Sequence record: OQ417966.1
Strand: one strand, 5' to 3'
DNA from: Mycobacterium phage prophiT36-1
DNA: 64,000 nt
Made by a program: the position numbers and the translations under genes. Positions 50,093 through 59,961 of this stretch are shown here, piece after piece (position 1 is the stretch's first letter; the number at the start of each line of letters is the position of its first letter). The notes under the pieces were generated by a model that saw nothing but the letters and a program-made list of their open reading frames with translations, did not search any database and was not told where the DNA came from.

Positions 50093-51697
50093 GTGCTGTC
50101 GGCGCCAGCAGGCACACTGAGTGTCGTGGGCACAGATCTGGAGGTCTATAGGCGCGGGGCCCCATGGACACCGCAAGAGATCACTGAGCTCATCGAGCGC
50201 ATCCGCGCAGGGTCAGGCCGCACCGACATCGCGCGCACCCATGGCCGCACACCCGGGGCCCTCGACGCGGTAGCCTGGCGCCTCCTGTCAGCAGACCACA
50301 GACCTGAAAAGAAGACCCGCCAGGCAGTGGAGTTGCTACGTGCCGAGATCAACGACATCTCCGCAGGGGCAGAGACGGATTGGTGGGCGCGCTATCTCCA
50401 AGGCCGCAAGATAGCCAACGCCGCGAAACCCGCAAGAACCAGGTCTCCCCAGGCGCCCAAAACGACTGCGACACCGAAAACCCCCAAACCGCTTCTGCCA
50501 CTACCGGAGTGTGTGCAAACGTTCGCCGAGCAGCCAGCAATTGACTGGACGCAGCCAGGGACGGAAAGCGAACTTGGCCTACTGATCGTTCAAGTCGTCA
50601 ACGAGATCGTGGACCCACGGAACCGATACATCATGGCCCGGCGACTCGGATTGATCGACGGATCAAATACTTTGGAATCCATCGGCGAAACACTGAACCT
50701 AACCCGCGAACGGGTCCGCCAACTACAAAACACCGCGATCACACAGGTCCAGCACGACGCACACCGCCTCGGATCGGCCGCCGCAACGCTCGCAGTGGTC
50801 TTCAACTTCCTCGATAAGGACCCCACCGCAATCGAGGCACTGGCCCAATCCTTGTTGACCGCCGCACAAGAGCTATTCAGCTGCCAACCGACCTGGCTTA
50901 TCAAATCCGTCAGCCGCATGGGCGGGCGCACACCACGACAGGCTGACGAGATCGCCGCGGCAGCTGCGGCGATCCGTGACGCCGAACGTCGGCGCGGACG
51001 CGAACTTGCCCATGAACAACGGCAGATCCTCACCTGCGATCGCATCGTCGACAAATGGATTCACGCAGCCACCTGGCCCCCGCACCTGAAACACGCCGAT
51101 TCCGAGCGCAGCACACAACGGCGCCGAATGCCAACGCCCTCAGGAATTGCCTCCGTCGGCTCTTTCGATTCCGAAAAGAACGGCACCGTTGTCCATTTCG
51201 AATCCCTACTTGAAGAATCCGTGTTCATCACCGCCGAAGGCAGCGACAAGATCCTCACCTATCAAGAGCAGCCCTGCCAGATCGCATACATCGGGGAGGA
51301 CGGGCAATCACACACGTACTACCCTGACCTACTCCTGACGCTCAACGATGGCCGCATGCTGCTAGCCGAGGTCAAGCCACTTTGGCAGATGGCATTGACC
51401 ACTAATCGCATCAAATGCGAAGCAGCGCAACGCTATGCGGCACAAACTGGATGGGGATGGGTATCGGTTGGCTCCAGCGGCCAAGCCTACCGAGACCTTG
51501 AACAACGAGATATCAGTGACTTGACGCGCGCATCGCTTACCGCGGCGCTCAACGAAGGCCCGGTGTCCTGGGCGCACTTGCAGGAGCTACGAACTCAGGC
51601 GCCAATCACAGCGATGGACGTCGCGGCATTCGCCGTGCAAGAAAACATAGGGCTTGAACTGTTTCCATATCGCCTGTACCACGTCAACGACGTGTGA
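50093..51697 (+). CDS. sigma70-r4-like HTH plus PD-(D/E)xK nuclease-domain protein (copy 2)
   Basis: Identical to 27325-28929. Confidence 0.6.
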   Translation: MLSAPAGTLSVVGTDLEVYRRGAPWTPQEITELIERIRAGSGRTDIARTHGRTPGALDAVAWRLLSADHRPEKKTRQAVELLRAEINDISAGAETDWWARYLQGRKIANAAKPARTRSPQAPKTTATPKTPKPLLPLPECVQTFAEQPAIDWTQPGTESELGLLIVQVVNEIVDPRNRYIMARRLGLIDGSNTLESIGETLNLTRERVRQLQNTAITQVQHDAHRLGSAAATLAVVFNFLDKDPTAIEALAQSLLTAAQELFSCQPTWLIKSVSRMGGRTPRQADEIAAAAAAIRDAERRRGRELAHEQRQILTCDRIVDKWIHAATWPPHLKHADSERSTQRRRMPTPSGIASVGSFDSEKNGTVVHFESLLEESVFITAEGSDKILTYQEQPCQIAYIGEDGQSHTYYPDLLLTLNDGRMLLAEVKPLWQMALTTNRIKCEAAQRYAAQTGWGWVSVGSSGQAYRDLEQRDISDLTRASLTAALNEGPVSWAHLQELRTQAPITAMDVAAFAVQENIGLELFPYRLYHVNDV

Positions 51698-52093
51698 CCG
51701 ACGTTCGCCGTCAACCGTTGCGGGAATGCGCCCCGTGAGATGAGTATTCGCCCATCGGCGGCCGCCCATGGGCACTCGTATGGATACATACACGATGGGT
51801 ACTCACCCAAACAGGTACCCAGCTGCGCGGGCGACGCGAGCCGGCGTGCCATCTCGGATTCCTAGCTAATCCAATGCTTGGGCTGTTTCTGCGCACATGT
51901 CACACATATACTGATCGCCACGTAGCTGCAGGTTACGCATCGGTTCGGTACTAAGCCCGCCTGTGACGCTCGATATAGCAAACATAGAGATCTCGCAGAC
52001 GCCTGGACATAACCCAGTTTATTCTGTCATGATTCTCGCATCAGCTGCACCCACACGCGGTGTACAGCAAGTATCGGGAGGGGCAAGCTGCGC

Positions 52094-53281
52094 ATGATTA
52101 TGAGTGATCTTTGGCGCATGTCGACGGGTTTGCGTAGAGCTTCGGCGGTGGTCGCCGGTGTGGCGCTAGCCTTCGGTGGAGCGAAGGTGACCAGCGACCA
52201 CACCGTGCCTGGCAGCGGGTTTTCGACACTCCAGACAGCCGCTGCGGATCCGACCGGTCCCACGGGTGGCCCTGGCGGGGGGCCGGGTGGGATGAATGGA
52301 TCCCAGTTCCAGCCCCCAGGCTTGCCGCCGCAGATGCCTGACTATCAGGGCGGTATCAACCAGCCGCCGTTAGATCAGAATTCTGGTATCAGCATCTACA
52401 ACACGGGATCGCCAGGAGCACAGCAAGTTCCATCGCAGCAAGGTGCACAACAGTCTCAACAGGGGCAGCAGCCTGCGCACGGAACCCAAATCCCTGATTA
52501 TCAAACAGCAACCCCATACACTCAGGGTCCCGGTACGGAGAATCCGGATTACCAAGCACCACAACAGAATTCTCCCCAGCAGGACCATCAGCAAAATAAT
52601 GCTCCCACGCAGACTCAGCAGCCCAGTCAAAAAGACCAGCAGGACCGCGAACTGCAACAGCAATGTCAGCAACAGGCTCAGTATTACGGTCTTGCTGAAC
52701 AGATGGCCAGCTTTATCGCGTCGGCAATGGGTGGTGCCGGGAGCCTCTTCGGGCAACCCAGTCGCCAGTGGGGGCCTGCCTTTGAATGCAGTTGCGCACC
52801 TGAGCAGGGTGGCCCCCATAAGCAATCACCTGGCGACGATGAAACAAGTCAGCCGTGCGTACCAACCGATGGCATTCCAAAAAGGATCGTGGGCGCGGAT
52901 TACACCTACAATTTGGCCACACAACAACTATCCTGGTTAGGCACTTTCCCAGGTTTGATGCCGTTCTCGGGAACCGTAAGTGTGGCTCCCGGCGCCTCAG
53001 TTTTCATACCGGGCAACGCCCAATGGACAAGCGCGACTTTGACAATCTGCCAAGCGCCCTCCGAAGGCCCTAGCGGTCGCAATCCAGCGCAAGATAAGCT
53101 CCTAACCAAGGGAGACATCAAGAAGTTGGAGGACGCCGGATTTGACGTTCACGAGCTTAAAGGCGGTAAGAACGCCTCGAAGTTCGATCTGTACAAGGAC
53201 CGAGAGGGAAATATCTACGTGAAGCCAAAAGGCGGGCGTGGCGAGGGCGATCCGCTAGGGATAAATATCAATGACATCTGA
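52094..53281 (+). CDS. secreted Pro/Gln-rich toxin-like protein (copy 2)
   Basis: Identical to 29326-30513. Confidence 0.6.
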   Translation: MIMSDLWRMSTGLRRASAVVAGVALAFGGAKVTSDHTVPGSGFSTLQTAAADPTGPTGGPGGGPGGMNGSQFQPPGLPPQMPDYQGGINQPPLDQNSGISIYNTGSPGAQQVPSQQGAQQSQQGQQPAHGTQIPDYQTATPYTQGPGTENPDYQAPQQNSPQQDHQQNNAPTQTQQPSQKDQQDRELQQQCQQQAQYYGLAEQMASFIASAMGGAGSLFGQPSRQWGPAFECSCAPEQGGPHKQSPGDDETSQPCVPTDGIPKRIVGADYTYNLATQQLSWLGTFPGLMPFSGTVSVAPGASVFIPGNAQWTSATLTICQAPSEGPSGRNPAQDKLLTKGDIKKLEDAGFDVHELKGGKNASKFDLYKDREGNIYVKPKGGRGEGDPLGININDI

Positions 53282-53681
53282 GCTCGATCCTTCCAGTATT
53301 CCCGTTATCAGAACGCTGCTGAACATTACGGGCTTGTTTGACCCCGACACATTTACAGCTGCAGTTTTACTGACGCCAACACGGACTGTGCGTGCAGGAG
53401 AAGCGCGCTCTCCACAACTCGCCTTCACTGAAGACGCCTGGAAAATTGACCTCGGCAAGCACGAGGCCGTCCACTTAGAGAGCGAAATGGATCGGCTACT
53501 CGCCCTGCTTTTACCAGTGGGTGAGAGATTCCGCGAAACTGTGGCAGCGATGGGCCTCAGCGCCGAAGTAGCATTTCAGTGCAGTGCGGACGCGGGATAC
53601 TATCCTTCAATATCTTTGCGCCATGACCAGATAAAGCAGCTAGCTGCCCTTGGGCTTTCGCTCGATATTGACATTATCTAG
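53271..53681 (+). CDS. coupled small protein, putative immunity (copy 2)
   Basis: Identical to 30503-30913. Confidence 0.45.
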   Translation: MTSELDPSSIPVIRTLLNITGLFDPDTFTAAVLLTPTRTVRAGEARSPQLAFTEDAWKIDLGKHEAVHLESEMDRLLALLLPVGERFRETVAAMGLSAEVAFQCSADAGYYPSISLRHDQIKQLAALGLSLDIDII

Positions 53682-53731
53682 ATAGCAGACCGGAATTACG
53701 GCTGCTACCGATTATATTCATTCGAGGGGAT

Positions 53732-54298
53732 ATGAAGATTCGAATTCTCGTAATTGCGGCGTGTGCCGTAGCCTTAACGGCGTGTGGGCAATTAGAAAAA
53801 CCAACACCTGCCGATCCTGCATCGCCGTCAACTCGTGAGTCGACGGACTTCAATAACATCCCCGGACAGTTCCCTTCGCCGGCGACACTGACCACGAACG
53901 GGCAGGCTGAAGCGCCAGTCGGAGGCTGCGTGAATCTGAGCGGACCCGCAGTCAACGCCTTACTCACACTCGTTGATTGTGGCTCGCCACAACATACGTA
54001 CCGGATCGTGCAGCGCGTCAACGTTCCCCAGGAATGCGGTGATATTGACCGTTCGTACTACCACAATTCCCAGGCCACTGGCCAGTACACCGCGTGCCTC
54101 GACTTAGCCTGGGATGCCAGCGCCTGCATCAGCCTGGCCCAGCCTGTAGCGAAAGTCTCCTGCACCGATCCGAACGCGCCCCGCAAGATCAAACCAACAA
54201 AGATTGTCCTCGATTCAACGACCCTCGATAGCTGCCCTGACGGAGGATATCCGCACCCGGTACGCAAATTCACCGTCTGTACCGAAACCCAGGACTAA
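53732..54298 (+). CDS. lipoprotein (copy 2)
   Basis: Identical to 30964-31530. Confidence 0.6.
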   Translation: MKIRILVIAACAVALTACGQLEKPTPADPASPSTRESTDFNNIPGQFPSPATLTTNGQAEAPVGGCVNLSGPAVNALLTLVDCGSPQHTYRIVQRVNVPQECGDIDRSYYHNSQATGQYTACLDLAWDASACISLAQPVAKVSCTDPNAPRKIKPTKIVLDSTTLDSCPDGGYPHPVRKFTVCTETQD

Positions 54299-54514
54299 GC
54301 GGTGGTGTCCTGGGGCGTCCAGGCGCAGGTGGATGCGGTAGTTCGCTTTCGTTGAGGCGCTGTGCGCCTGGTTGTCGTAGAGGTTGTGGCCGATGCTGCG
54401 GACGGCGTGTGTTCTGGTGATCAAGCCCAGAGCACGTAGTAACCGGAGGTAGTGCGGCGCCGATGATTGCTCCGTGCCTACAGCTTCTGCGAGGTCACTG
54501 ACCGGGTGCGGCAA
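54215..54514 (-). CDS. possible winged-helix regulator (copy 2, uncertain)
   Basis: Identical to 31447-31746. Confidence 0.25.
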   Translation of the reverse strand: MPHPVSDLAEAVGTEQSSAPHYLRLLRALGLITRTHAVRSIGHNLYDNQAHSASTKANYRIHLRLDAPGHHRLVLGFGTDGEFAYRVRISSVRAAIEGR

Positions 54515-54631
54515 GCCGTATGGGGCGAGTCGGGGAGCGGCACATTCAGCGGTACGGACAAATCTCTCGGCGGCGTGATCGGCATATTCGAGTGGTAACT
54601 CCGGTGACGGCTGGTTGCTGCGATTGGCTTG

Positions 54632-55153
54632 ATGGGTTTGCCCTGGGCGGCTAGTTTGTTGGGAATGTCAGGTTGGTGGGGCCGGTGGAGGTCCGCAGGT
54701 CGGGCCTCGGTAAGTAGTCAGCACACGGTGGTTGTTGATGCGGTCGAACACGTATTGGCTGGAGTTTCCGTATCAGATTGCTCGGTACCTGCGTTGGCGC
54801 AGCAGTGGGTGCAGGGCGAGGGGCGGGAGTTGGTGATCGAGGATGTGGTGTTGCCTGCGGGGGTGTTCGGACGTTGGCTCTCGGTGCCGGGGCAAGACAT
54901 TGTCCAGGTGGGTGCCGGCGTTGTCGGCCGTGACCGCACGATCGCTCATGAGTTGGGGCACATGGTGTTGGGGCATCGGGGCCGCCCAGTTACTGAGTAT
55001 GTCGAGGGATTGGTGCAGGCCGCTTCTGCGGATCTGATTACGCACATGTTGCAGCGGGCGTGCACAGAGGAGCCGGGGCAGCAAGAGGCGGCCGGATGGC
55101 GGCAGGACGAGTTGGCGGAGCATGCGACGACGCTAGCGCGCCTAATCGATTGA
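54632..55153 (+). CDS. ImmA/IrrE-like HExxH metallopeptidase (copy 2)
   Basis: Identical to 31864-32385. Confidence 0.55.
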   Translation: MGLPWAASLLGMSGWWGRWRSAGRASVSSQHTVVVDAVEHVLAGVSVSDCSVPALAQQWVQGEGRELVIEDVVLPAGVFGRWLSVPGQDIVQVGAGVVGRDRTIAHELGHMVLGHRGRPVTEYVEGLVQAASADLITHMLQRACTEEPGQQEAAGWRQDELAEHATTLARLID

Positions 55154-55260
55154 AACCGACGAAGGTCATCCTGAACTCCGTTAGCGTCGAAGGTTGTCCG
55201 ACAGGTGGTTTCGCGCATCCGCTACGCCGGTTCACCATTTGTACGGAGATGCAGAAGTAG
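55153..55260 (+). pseudogene. lipoprotein paralog remnant (copy 2)
   Basis: Identical to 32385-32492. Confidence 0.5.
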
Positions 55261-55494
55261 ACGCATGCGGCCGACAGCCGGGAGGTTTGGCCGGGATCGA
55301 GTACCGCACCTCGAGTGCATGTCTGACGGACGTGGGATCCAGGTGACAATGGCATTCGAGGCCACAGTGGAGCGGTAGACGGTCACGAGCTTTTTCGGGG
55401 TTGGCCGAGGGGGCTCCATGATCGCTGCACGGATTCCGTCTCAACATGTCTGTAGAGACAGCTTGACGTCCGTACATAACGCGGGGAAGTACGG

Positions 55495-55779
55495 ATGGTG
55501 ATCAAGGCCCGGATAGCTCAGTGGCGCGAGGGGTTGTTCGACAGCATCGGCAAGCACTGCGCGGCGGTGGTCCGTGAGCTGTTGGCGAAGTTCCTCAACG
55601 ATTTCCGCCAGGATGTGCGTGCCGAGGTCGCCGCGGTCGCGCGTAAGGCCGACGAATCGGTGGACAAGCTCACCGACGCCATCCCCGGCACCCTCGACGA
55701 CCGCCTGTTCGATGGCCGGTTCGGTCAACTGCTGCAACGTCTTGAACAGCTGGTCCCGCTCTTCGGTGGTGGCCGATGA
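55495..55779 (+). CDS. hypothetical phage protein immediately upstream of lysA
   Basis: 94-aa ORF. Its stop overlaps the lysA ATG (ATGA at 55776). Lies just right of the element boundary. May originally have been continuous with the 9810 gene, depending on the G-run length at the junction. Confidence 0.45.
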   Translation: MVIKARIAQWREGLFDSIGKHCAAVVRELLAKFLNDFRQDVRAEVAAVARKADESVDKLTDAIPGTLDDRLFDGRFGQLLQRLEQLVPLFGGGR

Positions 55780-57278
55780 GTTTCGTGTGGTTCCGGCCCG
55801 AAGGCCCACTGCGATCCCGTGAGCAGATCGCCCGCGAGGTGCACGCGGTGTCGCTGGCCCGCGGTCTCGACGAACTCGCCTCGGTGCTGACGCTGATGTG
55901 CATCGACGTCGAGGCCGGTGCCGACGACAACAACGGGGTTCGGCAGTGGTGGTGTCCGTGGAACGCCAATGATCCGACGTCGAAGAACTATCCGCACGAT
56001 TCGCAGTCTGATGATGGACGCTCGGTGGGCTACCTGCAGCAGCAGAACGGCACCGCCGGTGAGGTGGGGTCGGGCAGCGACAACTGGTGGGGTCCGATGC
56101 GTTCGCGGATGACGCTGGCACTGGCGGTCGATGTGTTTCAGACACGGCTGGCCGACGACTACGGGCGTGCTGCCGGAAACCCGAAACTGGCAGGGGAGTT
56201 CGTACAGCGGGTGCAACGATCGGGGTACCCGGACCGCTACGCCGAACGCTGGGACCAAGCGTGGGCGGTGCTGCGGCGTGCGCTTGCGCAAGGGCCTGTC
56301 ACTCCGAACCCTCCGCTGCCGCCGATCGGCACGGGCAGCCCGATCACGCGTTCGCGGCTGACGTCGAATCGGTACGTCGGCCGCGGTGGTAAGACGCCGC
56401 GCTGGATCGTGGTGCACACCCAGGAAGGTGGGCGTTCGGCGTGGGATCTGGCCGGGTTCCTGATTTCCACTCAGGGCACATCGGGGGCGGTGTCGTACAA
56501 CGCGTGCGTCGACGACACCGAAACTGTGCTGACCGTGAACTGGGACGACACCCCGTGGTCGGCGGTCAACGCCAACCCGTATGCATTCCACATCTGCATG
56601 GCCGGTTCCTATTCAGGCTGGGACCGCGGCAAATGGCTCGAAACCGATGCCCGCGACGGCAAGAACGAAGACCTCCAGCTGACCCGGACCGCGCAGCTGA
56701 TCGCGTGGCTGTGCCGCACCTACGACATCCCCGCCGACTACATCGGCGGCAGCGGAATCCCTTGGGGCCGCGACGGTATCTGTGGACACCGCGACTTCGG
56801 TAGCTGGGGCGGCGGACACACCGACCCCGGCCCGGACTTCCCGTGGGACGAGCTGATCCGGCGCGTCCGCCTCTACCTCGACACCAACACAGGAGATGAA
56901 GACATGGCCCAGGTACCACAATCGGAATGGCAGGAAGTCATCGATTACGTTCGAGCGCAGAACACCCCGATCCCGTCGGCCTCGCCGCTACGGCACCTCG
57001 GGGAAGGCAACGTGAACACCCGCGCCAACCTGGCGCGCGCCATCGACGCCAACCAGCACGTGACCGCAGTAGTCACCCTGGCCAAGGAAGGCCACACACC
57101 CTCGATCGCGCTGCTCTGGGAGGTATCGACCGCGGCCGACAACCCCGGCAAGTACCCGGACCGGCAGGAAGACGCCAAGCTCGCCAAGACGCTGCTGGCC
57201 AACATCAGCAAGACCAAGAAAGCCGTCGCCGCCGAGGACATCGAAGCGTGGCTCGACGCCGAGAAGGCCGCCGCATGA
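55776..57278 (+). CDS. lysA: endolysin Lysin A (N-acetylmuramoyl-L-alanine amidase, amidase_2/PGRP domain)
   Basis: 500 aa. Central amidase-2/PGRP-type segment (PRWIVVHTQEGG..., AFHICMAGS, ICGHRDFGSWGGGHTDPGPDFPWDE). Sits after the tail genes and is followed by lysB, as in mycobacteriophages. Confidence 0.8.
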   Translation: MSFVWFRPEGPLRSREQIAREVHAVSLARGLDELASVLTLMCIDVEAGADDNNGVRQWWCPWNANDPTSKNYPHDSQSDDGRSVGYLQQQNGTAGEVGSGSDNWWGPMRSRMTLALAVDVFQTRLADDYGRAAGNPKLAGEFVQRVQRSGYPDRYAERWDQAWAVLRRALAQGPVTPNPPLPPIGTGSPITRSRLTSNRYVGRGGKTPRWIVVHTQEGGRSAWDLAGFLISTQGTSGAVSYNACVDDTETVLTVNWDDTPWSAVNANPYAFHICMAGSYSGWDRGKWLETDARDGKNEDLQLTRTAQLIAWLCRTYDIPADYIGGSGIPWGRDGICGHRDFGSWGGGHTDPGPDFPWDELIRRVRLYLDTNTGDEDMAQVPQSEWQEVIDYVRAQNTPIPSASPLRHLGEGNVNTRANLARAIDANQHVTAVVTLAKEGHTPSIALLWEVSTAADNPGKYPDRQEDAKLAKTLLANISKTKKAVAAEDIEAWLDAEKAAA

Positions 57279-58447
57279 ACGGGCCCGACGGGAAGTGGAT
57301 CGGCTACGGCGAAGGCGACGAATCCGACGCGGTAATCCCGATCGAACACCGCCTCGTGCACGCCTACCCGAAAAACAGTCACGCCATCGAGCACGGCGTC
57401 GCCGTGGATCGCACATACACCGCGGGCACAGCCCAAGCGGTGCGGGATCTGACGGCGTTCATGAACAACGACCCCCGCGAGCGGGAACGGCTGGCGCGCA
57501 TGGGAATCGCCACCCCGTTGCGCAGTGACGGCGTCGCGAACCTCGACGTACGCAAAGCCATCGGCGCCTACATCGAAGCCCCCGCCAACCCGCCGCAGTC
57601 CAAGTATCCGATCCAGGGCGTGTGGGCCGATTCGCGGGCGTTCCTGAACCCGCCTACCGCGCATAGTTTCGTCAAGGCCACCAATGACTTCCGTGACGAA
57701 GCCATGCGCCTGTACCGGCCGATGGCGGGCACCCCGATCTGGCTTCTCGGCTACAGCATGGGCGGCGATTCAGTGCGCAAGATCCTGGAGGCCATGCCGC
57801 CCGAATGGCGCCAATACGTCGTCGGGGTGAGCACGTTCGGCGACCCGTCGATACCCGCCGAAGGCAGCCTGAACGGAAACGATCCGGGGGAGGGGATCTC
57901 CAGAACTCCTCAGCCCTCCTGGGTGTGGGATCGCTACTGGTCCTATTCGATCGACGGCGACTGGTACCCGCGTGCCCGCGGCCTGCTGTTCCTGTTGTAC
58001 GAGCTGCTGACTCGCGCAGAGCTGACCTTGGATTTCGCCAGCTATCTGTTCACCGTGTTCCCGAAACAGGCGTTCCAGCAGCTACTCGGGACCGCGCCGA
58101 GCGATGACCCACTGCATGGAGTGTTGAAGGGCCTGGCCGGACTGATGACGTCGGGGCCTGCGAATGTGTTTGGCGCGCTGCTCAATCCGCTGCAACTGTT
58201 CGCGATCCTGCCCGACCTGGTGCGCCTGCTATTCGATGCCATCAAGTTCATCGCCACTGGCGCACACGGCAAGTACGGGGACCCGGCCTATGCGCTGTGG
58301 GATGGCATGACAGCGGTCGACCACGCGGTGAAGACCGTCCGACAGCAAGCGCCGGACGGCTGCACCCTGTTTCTGTTCCCCGGAACGTGGGCGAACTGGA
58401 ACCAAGGCTTCCCGTTCGACGTCGCCGTAGGGCTCCAATCGCCATAG
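57275..58447 (+). CDS. lysB: Lysin B (mycolylarabinogalactan esterase, GxSxG serine hydrolase)
   Basis: ATG at 57275 overlaps the lysA TGA. Contains the LGYSMGGD (G-Y-S-x-G) cutinase/lipase nucleophile motif. The track ORF 56927-58447 is the same frame with a spurious 5' extension. Confidence 0.8.
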   Translation: MNGPDGKWIGYGEGDESDAVIPIEHRLVHAYPKNSHAIEHGVAVDRTYTAGTAQAVRDLTAFMNNDPRERERLARMGIATPLRSDGVANLDVRKAIGAYIEAPANPPQSKYPIQGVWADSRAFLNPPTAHSFVKATNDFRDEAMRLYRPMAGTPIWLLGYSMGGDSVRKILEAMPPEWRQYVVGVSTFGDPSIPAEGSLNGNDPGEGISRTPQPSWVWDRYWSYSIDGDWYPRARGLLFLLYELLTRAELTLDFASYLFTVFPKQAFQQLLGTAPSDDPLHGVLKGLAGLMTSGPANVFGALLNPLQLFAILPDLVRLLFDAIKFIATGAHGKYGDPAYALWDGMTAVDHAVKTVRQQAPDGCTLFLFPGTWANWNQGFPFDVAVGLQSP

Positions 58448-58488
58448 CCGTGCATCGCGATTGAACTATTGGTAGTCCCTAGCAGGGA

Positions 58489-58719
58489 TCACCCGCGCGG
58501 CGCTTCCCGCTTTTTCAGGTTGGTAATGCCGATTGTGAAGGCGACAACCGCGGGAATGATAACCAGCGCGTTGGCACTTTCAGCATCGATCAACCAGTAG
58601 GCGACTGCGCCAAAGACCAAGCCGATCAACGTCAGCACTGCGCTGGCAAGATCAAGTCGATATCGGGCTGTGTTCCTGTGATTCGTCGTCACCGGCTGCC
58701 CTCCTATGTCTCTCGACAC
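58489..58719 (-). CDS. small membrane protein
   Basis: 76-aa minus-strand ORF with one long hydrophobic span (LTLIGLVFGAVAYWLI...IIPAVVAFTIGITNL). Overlaps the next minus ORF by 68 nt in another frame, so the exact start is uncertain. Confidence 0.4.
   Translation of the reverse strand: MSRDIGGQPVTTNHRNTARYRLDLASAVLTLIGLVFGAVAYWLIDAESANALVIIPAVVAFTIGITNLKKREAPRG
58490..58525 (+). terminator. possible weak intrinsic terminator after lysB (convergent gene junction)
   Basis: Short GC stem (gcgg...ccgc) followed by TTTTT at about 58515-58519. Lies between convergent lysB (+) and the 58489-58719 gene (-). Confidence 0.25.
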
Positions 58720-59584
58720 TTACAACTGTCCACTTAGTCCGGAGCCGCCCATTCTTCACAGTTGCGTCTTCTCGGACCTGGAGCCAGAAGATGTCTTGCG
58801 GGCGAATGGCCAGACCTCGTGCCACCTGCCCAAGAAACTTCTCATCTTCGACAGTTACGTTACGGGTTCGAGCCCTCGTTTTCACCCTCCATCGGGTCGG
58901 GTCATCGAAATCGATGGCCGACATCTGAGCCTCTACCTCAAAGGTCTCGGAGCTCTCCTTGATCTCGTCCTCTGGTCTGACAGCGTCGTAGTCGGCGCGC
59001 TCAAGAACGAACTTCTGCGGGGCCTTGTCCTGTGCCGCGGGCTCGTGTGCCTCGACGGGGGCGGCTACATCAAGTTCGGTGACGCGGGAGTCTGCGAGCG
59101 GGGCCATGATCTGTCGCAACTGCTTCTTGCGGCGGCGCTTGTTCTTCTGCAGCTCTTTCCACACAGCGGGGGGGACTTCTTGGGCTGTGTCGTCTTGCCA
59201 GGTGATCTTCACGTTGCCGTTATCGAGGTAGGTAAAGTCCTTCACGTCCGCTCGCTGTGACTTGGTCGCCCACCAGACGATGGTTGCGAGGGATGGAACC
59301 CCGGCCGCCGCTACCGTGTCTTTTACGTTATCCCAGTTCTCTGTCACCACCCGTACGACCTCAATGAGGAAAGACCCGTTTTTCGCGGGTCGTACCAGCA
59401 CCTCGGAATCAGACGGGCCTTCGTCATGGAAGGCGCCAGCTTTATCGAAATCGCTGGTTAGCCCGACTAGCCCCTGCAGCACCTCAGCGACGTGTGCGGC
59501 CCGGAGCTCATGCAGCGCAAAGCCGTCTTCGTTCTCACCGACGAAACGAAGAGTCAACGAGTCAACAATGGCTTTGTCAGTCAT
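58652..59584 (-). CDS. hypothetical protein (minus-strand, possible lysogeny-expressed gene)
   Basis: 310-aa ORF with an ATG start, oriented opposite to the structural and lysis genes. Contains a KNKRRRKKQLRQ basic patch. No known motif. Confidence 0.5.
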   Translation of the reverse strand: MTDKAIVDSLTLRFVGENEDGFALHELRAAHVAEVLQGLVGLTSDFDKAGAFHDEGPSDSEVLVRPAKNGSFLIEVVRVVTENWDNVKDTVAAAGVPSLATIVWWATKSQRADVKDFTYLDNGNVKITWQDDTAQEVPPAVWKELQKNKRRRKKQLRQIMAPLADSRVTELDVAAPVEAHEPAAQDKAPQKFVLERADYDAVRPEDEIKESSETFEVEAQMSAIDFDDPTRWRVKTRARTRNVTVEDEKFLGQVARGLAIRPQDIFWLQVREDATVKNGRLRTKWTVVSVERHRRAAGDDESQEHSPIST

Positions 59585-59655
59585 GAAATCGGCCCCCTCT
59601 GTGTTTGATTGAGGGGACCTTACAAGATCCCACCCTGTTCAGCGGCGGTGCCGGT

Positions 59656-59961
59656 CTAGGGGTAGATGTGGTACTGCGGCTGGCCCAGGGGAGTTGGGGG
59701 AAACTCGTTCGGATCGACGGGGTAACAGCGGCCAGTCGACGGAATGAACCCGGCCACCTGACCGTACTGTCCGGAGAACGCCTGCGGCGCGGAGGTGAAG
59801 CAGCGGTCCCAGGTTCCGTCGGCCTTGATCGGGCCGTCGCAGTACTGCGCAAACGGTCCTGCTTCGCAGCCCGCGCTGGCAGGCGCGGCGAACCCGATGC
59901 CGATGCTGGCGGGTATGACAGCGGCAGAGACCGCTAGGCAGGTGCGCCTGAGCTTGGACAC
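59656..59961 (-). CDS. small secreted Cys-containing protein
   Basis: 101 aa. N-terminal signal peptide (MSKLRRTCLAVSAAVIPASIGIGFAAPASAG|C) plus 4-5 further Cys. Confidence 0.5.
   Translation of the reverse strand: MSKLRRTCLAVSAAVIPASIGIGFAAPASAGCEAGPFAQYCDGPIKADGTWDRCFTSAPQAFSGQYGQVAGFIPSTGRCYPVDPNEFPPTPLGQPQYHIYP

Larger units (their letters stand above)
9949..55484. repeat. perfect (as far as can be read) 2 x 22,768-bp direct tandem duplication
   Basis: The period is 22,768 bp (32753-9985 and 34062-11294, for example). Every ORF in the track is duplicated with identical sequence. The junction at 32717 reads ..cataacgcgggg|ggttatgttctg.. Confidence 0.8.
32717..55484 (+). mobile_element. 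22,768-bp element, copy 2 (head-to-tail with copy 1)
   Basis: All ORFs of copy 1 recur at +22,768 with identical translations. Sampled nucleotide stretches are identical. Ends at ..cataacgcgggg before the unique aagtacggatgg. Confidence 0.75.

Noticed and set aside
9949-55484. The two 22.8-kb units being diverged paralogous islands rather than one duplicated unit
   Set aside because: All ORF translations and sampled nucleotide stretches are identical between copies. No diverged positions were seen.
56927-57274. 5' extension of the lysB reading frame (506-aa track ORF)
   Set aside because: It overlaps the lysA coding region completely. The ATG at 57275 overlapping the lysA stop is the coupled start.
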